A DNA stretch of 63,494 nt, filler included, from Folioceros fuciformis (Eukaryota): assembly GCA_049999805.1 (NCBI GenBank). It is 6 parts of 6 records of this genome, joined end to end, with 100 filler letters (N's around TTAATTAATTAA, not from the genome) between each part and the next. Parts side by side here need not be neighbours in the genome. Positions count along the whole stretch, not along the records: positions 1 to 19,673 come from JBNGIO010003099.1; positions 19,774 to 37,785 come from JBNGIO010003100.1; 4 more parts are not named here. One strand, given 5' to 3'. The notes under the pieces were generated by a model, which saw nothing but the letters and a program-made list of their open reading frames with translations, was not told the DNA's origin and searched no databases. The translations under genes were made by a program, and so were the position numbers. Positions 12,769 to 26,600 of this stretch are shown piece by piece; within the stretch, counting starts at the first letter, position 1, and every line of letters begins with the position of its first letter.

Positions 12769-13750
12769 TGTGGAGTGGTACTTGCACCCAAGAACCACCA
12801 AGGGCCACACTTCCCCCTTATTATCGTCGTAGTACTAGGATTCGCTCCCAAGGGAGTGAACTAGTGTCAAGGTCCCTCACAATCTCTCCCACACTACCCA
12901 AATCTAATCCCATCTATCAGCCGGCTCCTAGACCTAACCACCCTACAACAAAAAGACCAGAACCTTGTCTTCAACACCAACTACAACCCCGGTTGAATGA
13001 GGACTCAGCATCATCTTCAGCTCCCACTTCCAACTCCGGGTTTCAGCCGCCTCAGCAGCTGGGAGGAGGCTCTAGCCCTAGCCTCGACCTCCACTCTCAG
13101 CCCTAAGTGCCAGCCACCTCAGCAGCTGATTGAGAACCTCAGCACCTAAGCTCCTCCTCCAGCACAACAACCCCAAACTCCAACACTTCAAATCTCTACT
13201 CCAGCACTTCAACTCTTCAGCCCTTCACCTTCACGTCTCACTCCTGGATTTTGGAACACATCAGCCCCTCACTTGCAGTCCTTGAGGCAGGGATGTGCAG
13301 ACCCGGGCTGGATAGCCTCCTCGGCTCACAACCCTGTAATCCGTCGCCTTGGAAACCCCTTAGGGACGTCAAGGTACCCCAACCACCCAACCAGCATGCA
13401 AGAAAGGTCAGCCCCTGTGGATCTGGCCACCCAGATCTCAGCAATTTTGGGAGCCGCCACGTTCCCCTAGTGGCATGGGGAATTAAGGCCGAGGTGCATC
13501 TGCACACTAGATTAATCCCTCCAACCCAGCAGCCTGCACACAAGGTCAAGGGCACTCTTCACCCAAAAAAGCCTCCCCCTCAATGACAGGCTTGGCCTCT
13601 TATACCCACTTGGCCAGGAACCCCTATCACTGTCTAACCAGGTCAGCACACCTCCGACAGAATCCTCCACTTGTTAAAACCCTAACCCTAACTTAGACCT
13701 ATGAGAACCCGCCAATTGGCCTTTTGGGACTCATTACTAGTTGCTCCCTA
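12769..13750. mobile_element. LTR-like insertion interrupting the CRE-like relic
   Basis: Abrupt start TGTGGAG; shares GGCCACACTT...TCGT...TTCG.TCCCA..GGAG with 60483-60590; right end and TSD not resolved. Confidence 0.4.
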
Positions 13751-13804
13751 CAGAATCATCATTAGTATCCCCAGCAAATCCTCGTCCACCTAGGGTGTTT
13801 CTTT

Positions 13805-16800
13805 TGTAAGCTGACGAGCGTACAAGATAAACTTTCATCAAAACAAATAAAAATGAATACAAAAAGTGTTTGAGTTGTGTCTTTTATACTTGACTAGATA
13901 ACGCTTCACTTAACCCTAATGGCCGTTACTTAACTAGAGGTTGGCTTTATCTCCAACACTCCCTCTAAAGCACCTATTAGGTAAGTGATGTATACATAAC
14001 GAAGGTTCACATTGCTCGGATCATCCTTAGCACTCCTGTTGGCTGCCTTGCGCCACAGTGGCTCCAGGCGTAAAACCTAGAACCCTCTATCATGGCGGCC
14101 TTCGATACTACAGTCCTGTGTGAAGCAGCGCTAAAGAGAAGGGAACGCGCGCCTATGCAAGAGCCAAGAACAACAGAAGCGAAGCCTGCGCAGCCTTCGG
14201 TCAGCTGCAACTCATTGGAGGAACTGGTCAGGAGAGTGAACAGTATGCCGGTGAGCTCAGGACCATACCCAAGGACTGCCAGAGCTCTACAGGAGGAGAG
14301 GCCCCAACAGCAACTGCCAGACTTTCGCTATTCGGAGTACGCTGCTCCCATCCTTGCAGCCAAGCTCAGCGTGGCCATGAACAGGATTGTAGAGTTGGAA
14401 CTGCCACTAGCTGCTGGTGGAGTCCCACTGCCTTCAGATGAGCCGCAGGATGTGAAACCTGTCTTGTGAGAATCAGGGCAGCACGGGATGATTTCATCCT
14501 AAGGTGAGCTTCATCCATCCTGTCTGTCCTTGCTATTGTGCTGTCAAATGCGTGACTGACCTAACATGTGTTGTGGACTCTCCCTCTGACAAGCCTGCTA
14601 CGTGCAGTTATTTGTGCAGGCAATTGGATTGCTGGCACACCACACCACACCCAGGGAACGTCAGGGTTCCCGCCCCCTCCTACCAGATAAGTCCTAAGAC
14701 CCATCCTTGAAGTAGGCAGAGTAATCTGATAACCCAAGTCCCTCAAGGTGCTTATAGTGCTTATGTTTTGGCAAGCCCTTTGTGAGGATGTCTGCTACGT
14801 TTTCATCTGTATGCACATAGTCTACTTTGACCACACCTCGCTCGACTACATCTCTAACATAGTGGTGCTGAATTTCAATGTGCTTAGTACATGCATGAAA
14901 TCTAGGATTAGCCACCAATGCCAGAGCTGACATATTATCACAATGCAGCTTTGTAGGTGCCATTTGTTCCTGGTCAAGGTCCTTGAGGAAACTACGCTCC
15001 CACTCAGCTTCCTTGGAGGCGTTTGTGAGAGACTTGTGCTCTGCCTCCATGGAAGAGAGTGCTATGGACGATTGCTTCTTACAAGACCACTTGACAACGG
15101 CAGATGAGAGGAGGAAACAGTAGGTTGAGAGACTCTTCCTGGAGTCGCTGTCGGATGCCCAGTTTGCATCCATAAAGCTTTCTAGGGTAAGTTTCTTCTT
15201 CCCACTGCTCCTGTAGAATAGGCCTGTCATTTGTGTCCCTTTCAGATACCTGAAAACGCGCTTAACAGCAACCCAATGTGCATTTCCAGGTTGCTCCAAG
15301 AATTGTGAGACGGTGCTAACAGCGTATTGGATATCTAGCTTGGTCCAATTAGCAACAAATATGAGAATGCCCACAGCGTGCCTGTAGGGGATTGTAGACA
15401 TGTCCTTAATTTCTCCCTCAGACTGTGGACACTGCTCACTGGTGAGTTTCATTCCAGTTGCATAAGGTGTGGACACAAGCCTGGCTTGATCCATCTTAAA
15501 TTTACGCAGGATTTCTCCTATGTACTTATGTTGATGGATAATCAGCAGACCTTCCTGTCTGACCCTGAGAATCTGGATTCCTAAACAGAATCTGAGCTCT
15601 CCGATATCTTTCATATCATATTTTGTGCTCAGCATATTTTTAACTTTTGCTAACAGCCCTTGACTGTTTGTTGCAAGGATGACATCATCCACATACAAGG
15701 CCAGAAGGACAAAATCTGCTCCTCGACTTAGGCGATAAATGTTGGAATCTACTGTACTTTGCTTGAAACCAATGCTAATCAAGTACAGGTGCATGGTAAT
15801 GTACCATACCCTCCCACTCTATTTTAGCCCATATATACATTTTAGAAGTTTTAGAACTTTGCCTGGTTGACTCTTGTCCTCGTATCCCTCAGGTTGCATC
15901 ATATAGAGCTCCTCATCAAGTGCTCCATATAGAAAGGCGGTACACACGTCCATTTGTTGAAGATCCAAGTCAAGTTCAGCAACTAGGGCCAAAATGATCC
16001 TGATGGACTGTGTACACACAACAGGTGAGAAGGTCTCCTGGTAATCCAGGCCTTCTACTTGTGTAAAAAACCTCTAGCAACGAGCCTTGCTTTGTTCCTC
16101 GTAATCTCGCCATTAGCATTCAATTTCAATTTAAAAACCCACTTACAGGATATTGGTTTTCTCCCTTCTGGCAGGTCTGTGAGGATCCAAGTCTCATTTT
16201 TTATGAGAGATTGGTACTCTTCCTCTATAACTGCTTTCCACTTGAGACTATCAGATCCTGCAATAGCTTCCTTACAGGAATGAGGCTCATCAACTGGCAG
16301 AATGTTCACTATAGCTCCAAAAGTCCTCCAGTCAATAGAAGCATATGGTGGCTCCTTCCAGTCCTCAGGTGGAGGTCTGTGTCTGGTTGAACATCGAAGT
16401 TCAGGTTCGGGTTCTTCCACAGCTTCACGCTCAGGTTGCTCCACATTAGGTATTGGGTCAGCTGGATTGGCATCAAGTTCAAACAGTCCAAGGTCATCTT
16501 CTTCATAACCAACTGGGTGATCGTCATTTTCATTTTCGCTATGGCTATCACTTTGGCTGTCGGTGTCATTGTGGCTGTCATTTAACTCACTTTCCCCCTC
16601 TGATGCGAGATCCCCTTGAGCGGCTGGAGCCACTAGTGGCACCACAAACGGAGTAGGGGGCTCGGCATCATCCTGTGGGTAAAGACAGACATCAGAGTCA
16701 TCCTCATCCGGCTGGACAGCTCCCTCTGATCGCAAAAGGGCATCAAGAGGAGATAACTGAACGGGCTGTGAAGGTTCCATAAAGGTGACACTCCCAGCGA

Positions 16801-19673
16801 GGGTTACTGTTCGAGAGCAGGCATCATACAGTCGATAGGCCTTCGCCGTCTCACTGTACCCGATGAAGAGGGCTTGGGCTCGATTGTCAAGCTTCTTTCG
16901 CTTTTCGCCTGGAATATAAGCATATGCCCGAGAGCCGAAAACGCAAAGGTGAAGAAGGCTAGGCTTACGGCGCCAGAAGGCCTCAAAGGGGGTCTTGCCA
17001 GGAACAGAGCTTGTAAGAACTCTGTTAAGAATATATGTAGCAGTGACAATAGCCTCCGCCCAGAAATCCTGAGGTAAGCTAGCCCACAAGAGCATACTTT
17101 TGGTCATAGAGAGCAACGTCTGATTTTTACGCTCAGCAACTCTGTTTTGTTGCTGTGTGTAGGGCACGATCAGTTGGTGCTGGATCCCATGCTCCTGGAG
17201 GAATGCATCAAAAGCAGTATTCACAAACTCAGTACCATTATCCGTGCGGAGTACCTTGAGGAGACAGCCTGACTGCCTCTGCACCACAGGTAACCATTCC
17301 CGAAAAAAATCTAGCGTGTCACTCTTTAGATGCATCGGGTAGGTCCATGAATATCTACTGAAATCATCCGTAATTGTTAGATAATACAAAGCACCTCCAA
17401 GGGAGGGCTTGTGGAGTTTGCCAGAGATATCCGCATGGACTAACTCCAACAGACCTATTGCTCTGTATGCATGTCTTGGAAACGGGAGCTCCCTCTGCTT
17501 GGCTAAAATACAAGACTCGCAAACGGGAAGATCCTTGGAGCAGGGTGGCAAGGGTTCCCTGTGGCAAGATTGCTTTGACATATCTATCAGCTTGTGGCGG
17601 TTAGCATGCCCTAAGCGTGCATGCCACAGTGATGCCAACTATTGTGAATTCAGAGGGGCAGCGCCTGTAGAGTAAGCAGCAGGTGGCTGAACACACTGCA
17701 CAGCTAGCTTGTACAGGTCATGTTCCGGCAAACCCTTGAAGACACACACTGCAAGGTGGTCAACCTTGTAGAAGCACCAACCCTCACTGTCAACACGCAT
17801 CTCATAGATACGGGATTGCATGAGTTTGCTCAAGAACAACAGGTTCTTGGCCATATCCGGAACAAAGAGTACACCATGGACAGCAAAGGTCGAACCATCG
17901 TCAAGGAGAAAGGTACAGGTACGATGACCCTCAACTCGCAGGCTTGTATCACTCCATTCATCCCCTAGCAGCACCTTGTCTTTCATGTTACATACAATTA
18001 GGTTCGAAAACAAGTGCTTATCATTGTAGATGTGTGTGGTAGCGCCTGAATCCAGGTACCAGCATCCAACATCGTGCAAAGAGCTTGTTAGGCAAACGGT
18101 AAGGATTTTTACAGTCCCTTTTGAGTTGTCTCCCTTTTCCTTCACTGCAACGTGTGCTGACTGCTTTTGGACTTTCTGCGGCTTGCCGGCCTTCTTCTTC
18201 CGGCAGTCACGGGCCCAATGGCTAGCCACACCACACCAGTTGCAATTTCCAGTTCGCTTTAGGAGGGGAGACGAACCAGAAGATGTATCTGTTCGACCTC
18301 TAGGCGGTTTTCCAAGTACTTTCTGAGTTTTGAATTTTGCAGCAAGGACTTTGTCACCTTTGGACTTGTGTCCCCCTGTAGAGTTAATACGACCCTGTTC
18401 TTCTTGAAACAGGGCACCTATGATTTCTTCCACCGTGATGAGAGGAGGAGCTCCAGCTTGCTGGGTCTGGCAGATAGGACCATTGAAGCTACTGATAAAG
18501 GTTTGATATGAGGGTGGTAGGGAAGTCAACAACTGTGCTGCAACCTCAACTTCATCAGTCTTGGATCCAAAAGCCTTCCTCTAGGCTCGCAGCTATCTGA
18601 ATTTTGTGACGTGAGGAGCAACTCTCTCACCTTCACGCAAGCAAAGTGAGTAGAACTCCATACGCATGCATTATATGCATGCATGTTCTGTACATCATAC
18701 GTTGCTGCAAGTTGATCCCAGATGCCCTTCCCAGTAGTATGGTACTCCACATTAGGTACGAGAACCTCATCTAGACCATGGACCAGTACTGCTAATGCTA
18801 TGGAATTTAAACGATCCCATTTTTCTATGTCTGCTGTAGAGGGGGGAGGGCTGGCATTAGGATCTGGCTTTTGGGATGTCCCATCTACCACTTCCCACAC
18901 CCCACTACCAATGAGGGTGGTTTTCATGCGGACCTTCCAAACAACATACTTGGTCCCATTGAACCGATCATTTTCCTTCAATTCTGAGGTAAATGTAGGA
19001 TTCAATGGTTGGGTGGCCATCTGAACTACAAGGTAAAGTTGAAGAAACTACTTCATGTTCTTTCTAGATGCTTTGACTGCTGACAAGAGCAGGACAGGCT
19101 AGCACACAATCGTGATTATGATCAAAGTTAGTTGATAGTCTTCAGGCTCTTATGCAGACAGTACGGTTGGAGTAAAGATGCCTTACTTGTTACTAACCTA
19201 GGTGATGCAGGAAGGAGCACGCGGGGTGGTGCTGGTGTGCCGGAACATGATCATGTGTGGGCCTGCTCCAGCTCCGCCCTGCCATCTCATCTCCCAGCAT
19301 CTGCAGGGGTTAGTCAGCATGCAATACAGGCATATGCTATCTCGAGTTCACTAACCTCTGTGTGTCCTCTCCTTGGACGAAGCACACAGGATGGAGAGGC
19401 TGAATACGGAAGGCTCGAAGAGTCGCAAGGAGGTGCCGGTGTCTGTTGGGGTGGTGAAGCAAAGTGAGGACCCTTCACACCCGTCTCTTCACACGAACAG
19501 CACCACTTTGATTCTCCCTCGTGCCGTTTCAGCTTTCTGCAGCGGAAGTTTCACAAGAGAATTGATTCTTGGCGCTCTGGGGCCAAGGCTCGGCTCAATT
19601 CACACACTTTGAAGTTCAATTGGGTCATCATTTCTGCCAAGTTACTGATTTCCTGTGTAAAATTGGTGTTGGT
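13805..19673 (-). mobile_element. Ty1/Copia LTR retrotransposon, decayed; 5' LTR lost at contig end
   Basis: gag from 19020 with CNWCGVASHWARDC knuckle; protease WYLDSGAT; LWHARLGH; integrase (ELVHADI, LRTDNGTEF); RT YVDD; RNase H FMDANWA ending 14694. Stops and frameshifts at ~18660, 17639, 16055, 15819. PPT AGAGGGAG (13959-13966) precedes TGTTGG (3' LTR from 13958). Confidence 0.95.
14092..14469 (+). CDS. Antisense extra ORF (125 aa) in the 3' UTR of the Copia element
   Basis: ATG-started open ORF between the pol stop (14694) and the PPT (13959); no recognisable domain. Confidence 0.35.
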   Translation: MAAFDTTVLCEAALKRRERAPMQEPRTTEAKPAQPSVSCNSLEELVRRVNSMPVSSGPYPRTARALQEERPQQQLPDFRYSEYAAPILAAKLSVAMNRIVELELPLAAGGVPLPSDEPQDVKPVL

Positions 19674-19773
19674 NNNNNNNNNNNNNNNNNNNNNNNNNNN
19701 NNNNNNNNNNNNNNNNNTTAATTAATTAANNNNNNNNNNNNNNNNNNNNNNNNNNNNNNNNNNNNNNNNNNNN
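19674..19773. other. Artificial contig linker N44-TTAATTAATTAA-N44
   Basis: Six-frame stop linker, identical at five places. Confidence 0.98.
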
Positions 19774-20720
19774 CTGGCGAATGGCAATGCCAGAGTGCGT
19801 GCTACGGAGAAGGGAAACGGGAGAACAGGGAGTGAGAGAAAGCGTTTGATTTGATGACGCCAGTAAAGTAAGCGCAGACAATGATTTTCGTGTTGCCCCA
19901 CTCGGCATGCCGTTGATGGTTGAACTCACTCTTCGCACATTGCATGTTTCGATTTCCTGGAGTCCCGGAGTCCCGAAGTCCCGACGTCCCGGCGTCCCGA
20001 CGCGGGAAGCCCCCGCCCCCGTTACCCCCATCGGGGAAGCGGAAAGCAGCGGCTGCGGGCATTGAAATTCCCGCATCGTCAGAAAGGCATATATGCGTTG
20101 CAGGATTCTGCTCCGGAGCGCAAAAGTGGGCAGTGGCGCGTGCAAAGCCTGCCCCCAGCGCCCGCAGCCCGCTCGTCGAGCCTTGTGTGTTGAACCGCAC
20201 TTGGAATGTCGCCAAAACCAGTTGAACCTGCAGGCACGGCAGTTGGAGCACGGAATCTGTCACCTCGAACCAGGGAAAGGGGACACGGCAGCCGCAGCGA
20301 ACAGCGGCCACGGCAGCGGCCCTCCGAGGGCCGCTTCCCCGTGCCCGAAAGCGCCACGATCCGAGGGCTCTGCACACTGGAGGCCTGTACCCGTAGACCC
20401 CGTCCCTGTACAGACACGGACAGGGACACCGCCAGCGCCGCGCTGTCCAACTGGAATACTTCCCCTTTCGCACCTCCTCCTCCCCCGCCTCCGCCTCCGC
20501 GTCCGTCCCGATCCGGATGGCGATGACCCAGCGCAGCGGCGCAGCGGACAGTGGGCATCGGGCATCGGGCGGCGGGCGCGGGAGCGAGAGCGAGCGCGGC
20601 GGCAGTAGCAGCGGCCACCGTCCCCCCACACCCCTCCCCGCCACCAGTCTCTGTAGACAGCGCCTGCAGACCCAAGGGGGCCGCCCGGCTGCCCCGAACA
20701 AACCCTATCTATGGTCATGC
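19774..20720 (-). other. GC-rich probable 5' end (UTR/first exon) of a gene truncated by the gap
   Basis: CpG-rich, G/A-rich leader, open minus-strand frame running into the gap; no identifiable domain. Confidence 0.3.
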
Positions 20721-21722
20721 GCATGCGCACTCCCACCTTAAGCTACACCGTGTACACTCGCTCGCTCGCCAGCTTCTCTGCTTCCGTCGGCCTACGGAAT
20801 CCTGCTCTGCACATGGCCGCGTACACGCTTACTCATCCTTTCCACCACATGGTTGTGGCTGTGAGGGTTTGAAGGCACTGGCAACAGCACTGCCCTGCCC
20901 TGCACTGCACTGCACTGCACGGCGGTGCGGTGCGGTGCGGTGCGATGGGAGGGGATGCGACTCTCGCTGCCAACACAGTATACGGACAATCTAGCCGACT
21001 CCTCACATGGCCCAGCCCCGAGGTTACGGCACGGCGGAGCGGTGAGGCAGTGCAGAGGAGTGGTGTGGTGTGGTGAGGAACAAGGACAAGGGTGTAGAGT
21101 GTAGACGTGATTCCCGTTCTCCAGCTTAAAGCGCGCGTGGATGTAATTCAGCCTGTGCAACGCGTAGGAGGAGCCTGGTGCGGCATTACTTCCCACGCCA
21201 CAATGTCCGTGTGTTGGATTCATCGTCGTCCCCCCGGTTTTTCTCAAAGGCCTGACGCTTGCACCCCACTTTAGAGATGGCGGAATTTCATCGAACGGTA
21301 CGGAACCGCGTCAATCTCAAATAACCCTACCTCTCAAAGTATGGGAACTCCACTCTGCTGGAAACGGGAATCGATGTGCCGGGGTTGTGCACTGGGTCCA
21401 AAGACCTGTAGGTACGGGAGCCTCCTCCTCCACAGCTCAGCGAGCAGGAGCTTGTAACTCGACTCTCTCGACAACCACAAAAAAAGGGGCATCCTTTTTG
21501 CCATCCTTCCGGCACAAGGTAAGGCCACTTGTACAACATGCCTAGCCGTCAGTTGGCGCGGAGCCACGGAAGACCGGGCTGGTGACGGCATCGCCAATGT
21601 GCCTGCAGCCAGGTCTCCATCTCTTCAGGGAAAATTTCGATGTTCACGAAACTATAATTCGGTAGATTGTAAACGGTAACAAATTCAGGCTTGTAAAAGG
21701 ACTTTCCTACGTGGCGGCTAGA

Positions 21723-21777
21723 CTAGGTACTAAGGGCCGGTTAACCGCGAGCAACCTCCCCTATAATATTAGTAAGA
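21723..21777 (-). mobile_element. Possible minimal non-autonomous Helitron
   Basis: Minus strand A|TCTTACTAATATTATA...CGGTTAACCG...CTAG|T: 5' TC, subterminal palindrome, 3' CTAG, A/T target. Confidence 0.35.
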
Positions 21778-22359
21778 TGTCAAGTTCAATTATGTCCGTT
21801 CCAGTGATAATCCATACGCCGCCGGCCCTTTAACTTACAATACAATGAGGAATAGGAAGGACTTTAAATCATGCCCTCCTAACAAGTTGGGACTAATATT
21901 CAAACACACACGCACACACACATATATGATCACTTTCATTTTAGTTCAAGTGATAGTGGTAGCCTATATCCATGAGCAAAATAGACATTTAAACTACCTA
22001 GCAAAAGGGTTGTAGGAGGCTTGCATCAATCAACAAGTCTTTGATGATCTCTAAAAGGCCATGGAGAATTGGAAGGCTTTCGAAATGCTTCTCGCCTAGT
22101 TCTTCAAGAGGAGACTCCTCAAGTTGTACTAGTACTAGCTAGTCTTGCCTCCTCAAGTTATACAAGTGCTAGCTAGTCTTGCCTCATGTTCCACATTAGT
22201 CGAGGCTTCCTTCTATGACATAAACACAAGTTATCTTTATGGCGGGTTGCTCTTATAAATTTCATTTAAGCTGAGAAGCCTATCTTGCTAGCACAACATT
22301 TCGCAAAGAAGTCATTCCCTATGACTCTTTCTCACAAGACACAAGACTGGATCCTACAA

Positions 22360-22640
22360 TCTCCTAAGGAGTATAGTCACTCATCTTAGTTCTCCTAAGG
22401 AGTATAGTCACTCATCTTAGTTCTCCTAAGGAGTATAGTCACTCATCTTAGTTTGACTGTCAAATAAGTGTCGACTCAAGCATAGGAGTCCAAATCCTGC
22501 AATCTCCTAAGAAGTACACTCACTCATCTCAGCTTGACTGTTAAATAAGTGTCCACTCAAGCATAGAAGTCCAAATCCTGCAATCTCCTAAGAAGTACAC
22601 TCACTCATCTCAGCTTGACTGTTAAATAAGTGTCCACTCA
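22360..22640. repeat. Nested tandem repeat (3 x ~31 bp followed by ~81-bp units)
   Basis: TCTCCTAAGGAGTATAGTCACTCATCTTAGT x3; longer units ending GACTGTTAAATAAGTGTCCACTCAA. Confidence 0.9.
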
Positions 22641-23022
22641 AACTTGGTAATATGAATCCTAAAGACTTTATAGAAAAAAAGAAATAAAAGTTCCATATAC
22701 CCCGTGACAAGGGGAACAATCCACAATGGGGAAAAGCCAAGAATGAACTTGGTAATCTTGGGTTTTGTTGACTCAAATCTAAACCCTAAACTCTATTTAG
22801 GGTTTAGGAATCAAACATAAGTACATTCTATTATTGAAAAAGAGATGGAAAGTCCCATTTATTTCAAAGATCGGAGGAACAACCCGAGTAGGGCCAAAAG
22901 GTACTAAACCCTAAACTCTTTGCCTCTTCGATCGAACATCATTCTCAAAAACTACTTACTACTCCCAAAATGTCATGATGTGGAATAACAAAAGATCTAT
23001 TTACCATCATTGTCAAAGAAGC

Positions 23023-23140
23023 CCCTTGACTAGCACTTGAGTGAACGAGTGAAGCCTAAGAAGCCACTTGACTAGCACTTGAGTGAATGAGTGAAGCCGA
23101 AGAAGCCACTTGACCAATGCTTGAGTGAATGAGTGAAGCT
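23023..23140. repeat. ~41-bp tandem repeat x3
   Basis: CCACTTGACTAGCACTTGAGTGAA.GAGTGAAGCC.AAGAAG. Confidence 0.85.
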
Positions 23141-23699
23141 AATGAGTGAATCTTAGGATGTACGTTTTAAGATGAGTGAGTCTCAATCATCTTAGCTTGT
23201 CAAATAAGTGTCCACTCAAATATAGTACTCAAAGACCAATATTGTGTTTGAGTACTACATTCATCCAGCATTTTCGGCGTGAGTATGATGTTAAAGTATC
23301 ATGTTCATTCATGCAAAGCTATTTTTTCAAGTTGATCTTGGCTTAGCAAACTTCACTAGCATCCTCTTTTTTTGTGGTACAGTTTGATCATAGCAAGATC
23401 CTTATTTGTTTGTCACACAATAGTTTCTTTTAGAAGAAAAGCCCTTGGCATTCATACTTAAGCTTTGCACCATGGTACTAGAACATAAAAGAACAAGTTT
23501 TACAATGGAAAATCCTAGTGATAGTCATTAAATAACTTGGGGTTGAACATCATTTCTCACATCACAAAATGGCTTCATTATTAGTTTGCAATGACAAGGG
23601 GCCAACCAACTAGTACATAGGTCCCTAAAGGTTTCCCAAGCCTTGATCAACTTAACAAAAAGGCAAGGACATTTTTTAACTCTTGCTTAAGCTTACTTT

Positions 23700-26600
23700 G
23701 TAAGAAGGAGGAAGAAACTTCGGAGCAGAGGACCGGCACCACCATAGAGGACTAGGTCCAGAAAATCATGAAGAGACTTGATGCCCTGGATCAAGAGATC
23801 GGAGGCAAATGGAGGCTTGTTGAAAAAGAGCCAGAAGAAGCGGAGCCCGAGCTTGAGATCAGTGCTTCTAAGAAGGCCAAGAAATTGAGATTGAATGTTT
23901 AAGCCCCTAAGAATTACAAGGGCGAGCATGACGTAGAGAAAATCAATTCTTGGTTTTTCTCTTTGGAAGGGTACTTGGAATCATGCGAAGTGCCGCAAGA
24001 CGAGTACTTGATGCAAGTCACAAATTTCTTGGACAATTATGCTCTTACTTGGTAGAGGACTTACGTAGAGAGTGTAAGGCGAGGCAATCGCAGAGCAACA
24101 ATCTTCACATGGGCAGACTTCAAGGAAGCGCTGCAACTCTGTTTCTAACCCACTAATGTTGTGAGTTTGGCGCGAAGGATGCTCGATAATGTCAAGCATA
24201 TTGGAACTTTGCGGAAGTATGTGAGTGAATTTAGCTCTGTTGTCTTGCAATGTCCTGAGATGCATGAGCAGGACAAACTCCACAAGTTCATTACTGGCCT
24301 TAAGAGGTGGTCTCAGAACAGGGTAGCGTTGACTAATCCTCAAATGCTACAAGAGGCTATGGCAGCAGCAGATGCCATACCGGACACGTTTGTTCAGAGG
24401 CTCCAATCTTGAGGGGGAGATATCCTAGATCTCAGTGTAGATCTAGATGCAGAGGACGAGCTACTGTCCCTAGGAACAATGCAACTACTAAGACTGCTGG
24501 TAGAGGCCGGGGTAGAGGCGATAACAGGAGTCGTGGAAGACGACTTGTAGTGCCTACCTCTGGTGTATGTTATAGTTGTTGAGAGCAGGGACATTTTGCT
24601 AGAAATTGTCCACATGCATGAGCTCGCAACTTGAATTTAGTTGCCGCAAATCCACCTGTTCCAAGAGCCAAGATCCAAGAACTCCCTGAAGAGTCCAGGT
24701 GACGATAGGGGCCACATGTGGTGAGTCATCGAGTGTCAAGGATGACACTATTCCCAAGGAGGGTGGAGACCTTATGTTTATATGTGGCAAGATTAATGGC
24801 TTTGATGTAGAGCTGTTGTTAGCTAACAACAGCTATAGAACCACCCATAATGATGTGATCAACATTGATGGGTGATCAACATTGTTATGGGTGGCTATTG
24901 TTGCAGCCACCCATAACAACAGCTATGTGCAGCTACCCATAATATTGTAACTCCACGTAAGGCAAGAGGGCTTGGCCTTGAATGGACTGAAACTTCCACC
25001 CCATATAGAATCAAGCAAGCTAAAGGGACTCTGCAATTTTAGGGTGAATTGCAAGGAGTAAAGCTGCAAGTTGAGGCGTGGCAAAAAAGTGTGAGTTTTA
25101 CAGTCGTGGAGATGGACGACCATGATATCATCTTAGGTTTGGAGTGGTTGAGATTTAATGAAATGCATATGGATGTTAAGTCACGCACTATTGAAATATC
25201 CAGGAAGCACAAAGTGAGTTGTGTTAGCATTAGCTAGAGGCTTGAGAGTGTATTAGTACAGTTGATTACAAAGAGAGAGCTCAAGAAAGATCTAAGGAAA
25301 AAGGAGTTATACTTGGTTGTACTCCAAGGACTAGAGGATGGTCTGAAAGAAGATTCCACAGAGGAAAAGGACATCCCAAAAGAAGTACAACCTGTACTAG
25401 ATGAGTTTAAAGACTTGATGCCAGATGAGTTGCCACCATTGCCGTCTCACAAAGTTGTGGATCATGAGATTGAGTTGAAGCCAAGGAGTACGCCTTCTTC
25501 GTGAGCACCATATAGATTGTCACAAGATGAGTTGCAAGAACTCAAGCGACAACTATTCAACCTTTTGGATAGCTGTAAGAGTTTCTAAGTCTCCCTTTGG
25601 TGCGCCTGTGTTATTCATGCGTAAAAAGAATGGAGGACTTTGATTGTGTTTGGATTACATAGCTTTGAACCAGATCACAATCAAGAATGTATATCCTTTG
25701 CCGAGAATGGATAACATGTTTGACAGGTTGAAGGGTGCCAAATATTTCACCAAGCTAGAGCTGATGGCAAGGTACTATCAGATCAGGATTGCTGAGGAGC
25801 ATGAGTACAAAACAACATGTAGAATAGGGTATGGATCTTTTGAGTTTCTTGTCATGCCATTTGGACTTACTAACGCACCTGCCACATGTCATACTCTTAT
25901 GAATACTATATTCATGGATCTAGTGGACAAGTATGTTGTAATCTATCTGGATGACATTTTGATCTATAATCATACCTCGGAGGAACATGTTGAACACTTG
26001 AGGAAAGTGTTACAGAGACTAAGAGAGAATTCCTTGTTCTTGGCAATCAAGAACGGTGATTTTGTCAAAACAGAGATTCCATTCTTAGATTTCATTGTCT
26101 TTGTTGAGGGCATCAGGATGGATCCTGATAAAGTTAAGGCCATTCAAGATTGTCAGCCCCCTCGAAACATTCATGAGGTGCGAAGTTTTATGGGTTTGGC
26201 TTTTGTATATAAGAAGTTCGTACATATGTTTGCTAAGATAGCAGCTCCCATAACTAACCTCTTGAAGACAGCAAAAGCTTGAAGATGGGATGCTGAGTGT
26301 CAGGCAGCCTTTAAATACTTGAAGAAGAAGTTGAGTACTACTCCGGTGTTGGAGTGTATGACCCCAGGAAAGATGTGGAAGTGTATTGTGATGCCTTAGA
26401 TGTGGCTATAGGTGGAGTTTTAATGCATGACCAAAAGATGTTAGCTTTTGAGTCAAGAAAGTTGCATCTTTATGAGAGGAAGTATCCCCCTATGAGAAAA
26501 GGATGATTGCTGTCATCCATTGACCAAAGGATTCGAGACACTATCTCTTGACTAGATTTTTTGTGTTATATACTGATAACATTAGTACGACATACTTCTC
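23700..26600 (+). mobile_element. Ty3/Gypsy LTR retrotransposon relic (gag-protease-RT-RNase H)
   Basis: gag (YVSEFSSVVLQCPEMHEQDKLHKFITGLK), decayed CCHC ~24567, DIILGLEWL, RT 25644-26282 (YPLPRMD, VMPFGLTNAP, YLDD), RNase H remnant; many stops. Confidence 0.92.

Noticed and set aside
19674-19773. TTAATTAATTAA palindromes recurring five times
   Set aside because: Always centred in N44..N44; this is an assembly linker, not biology.
19802-20994. Many overlapping long ORFs in several frames
   Set aside because: Expected from very high GC content; no domain recognised.
22360-23140. Repeat arrays resembling CRISPR or iterons
   Set aside because: No unique spacers; they lie next to a Gypsy relic and are likely TE-associated tandem repeats.
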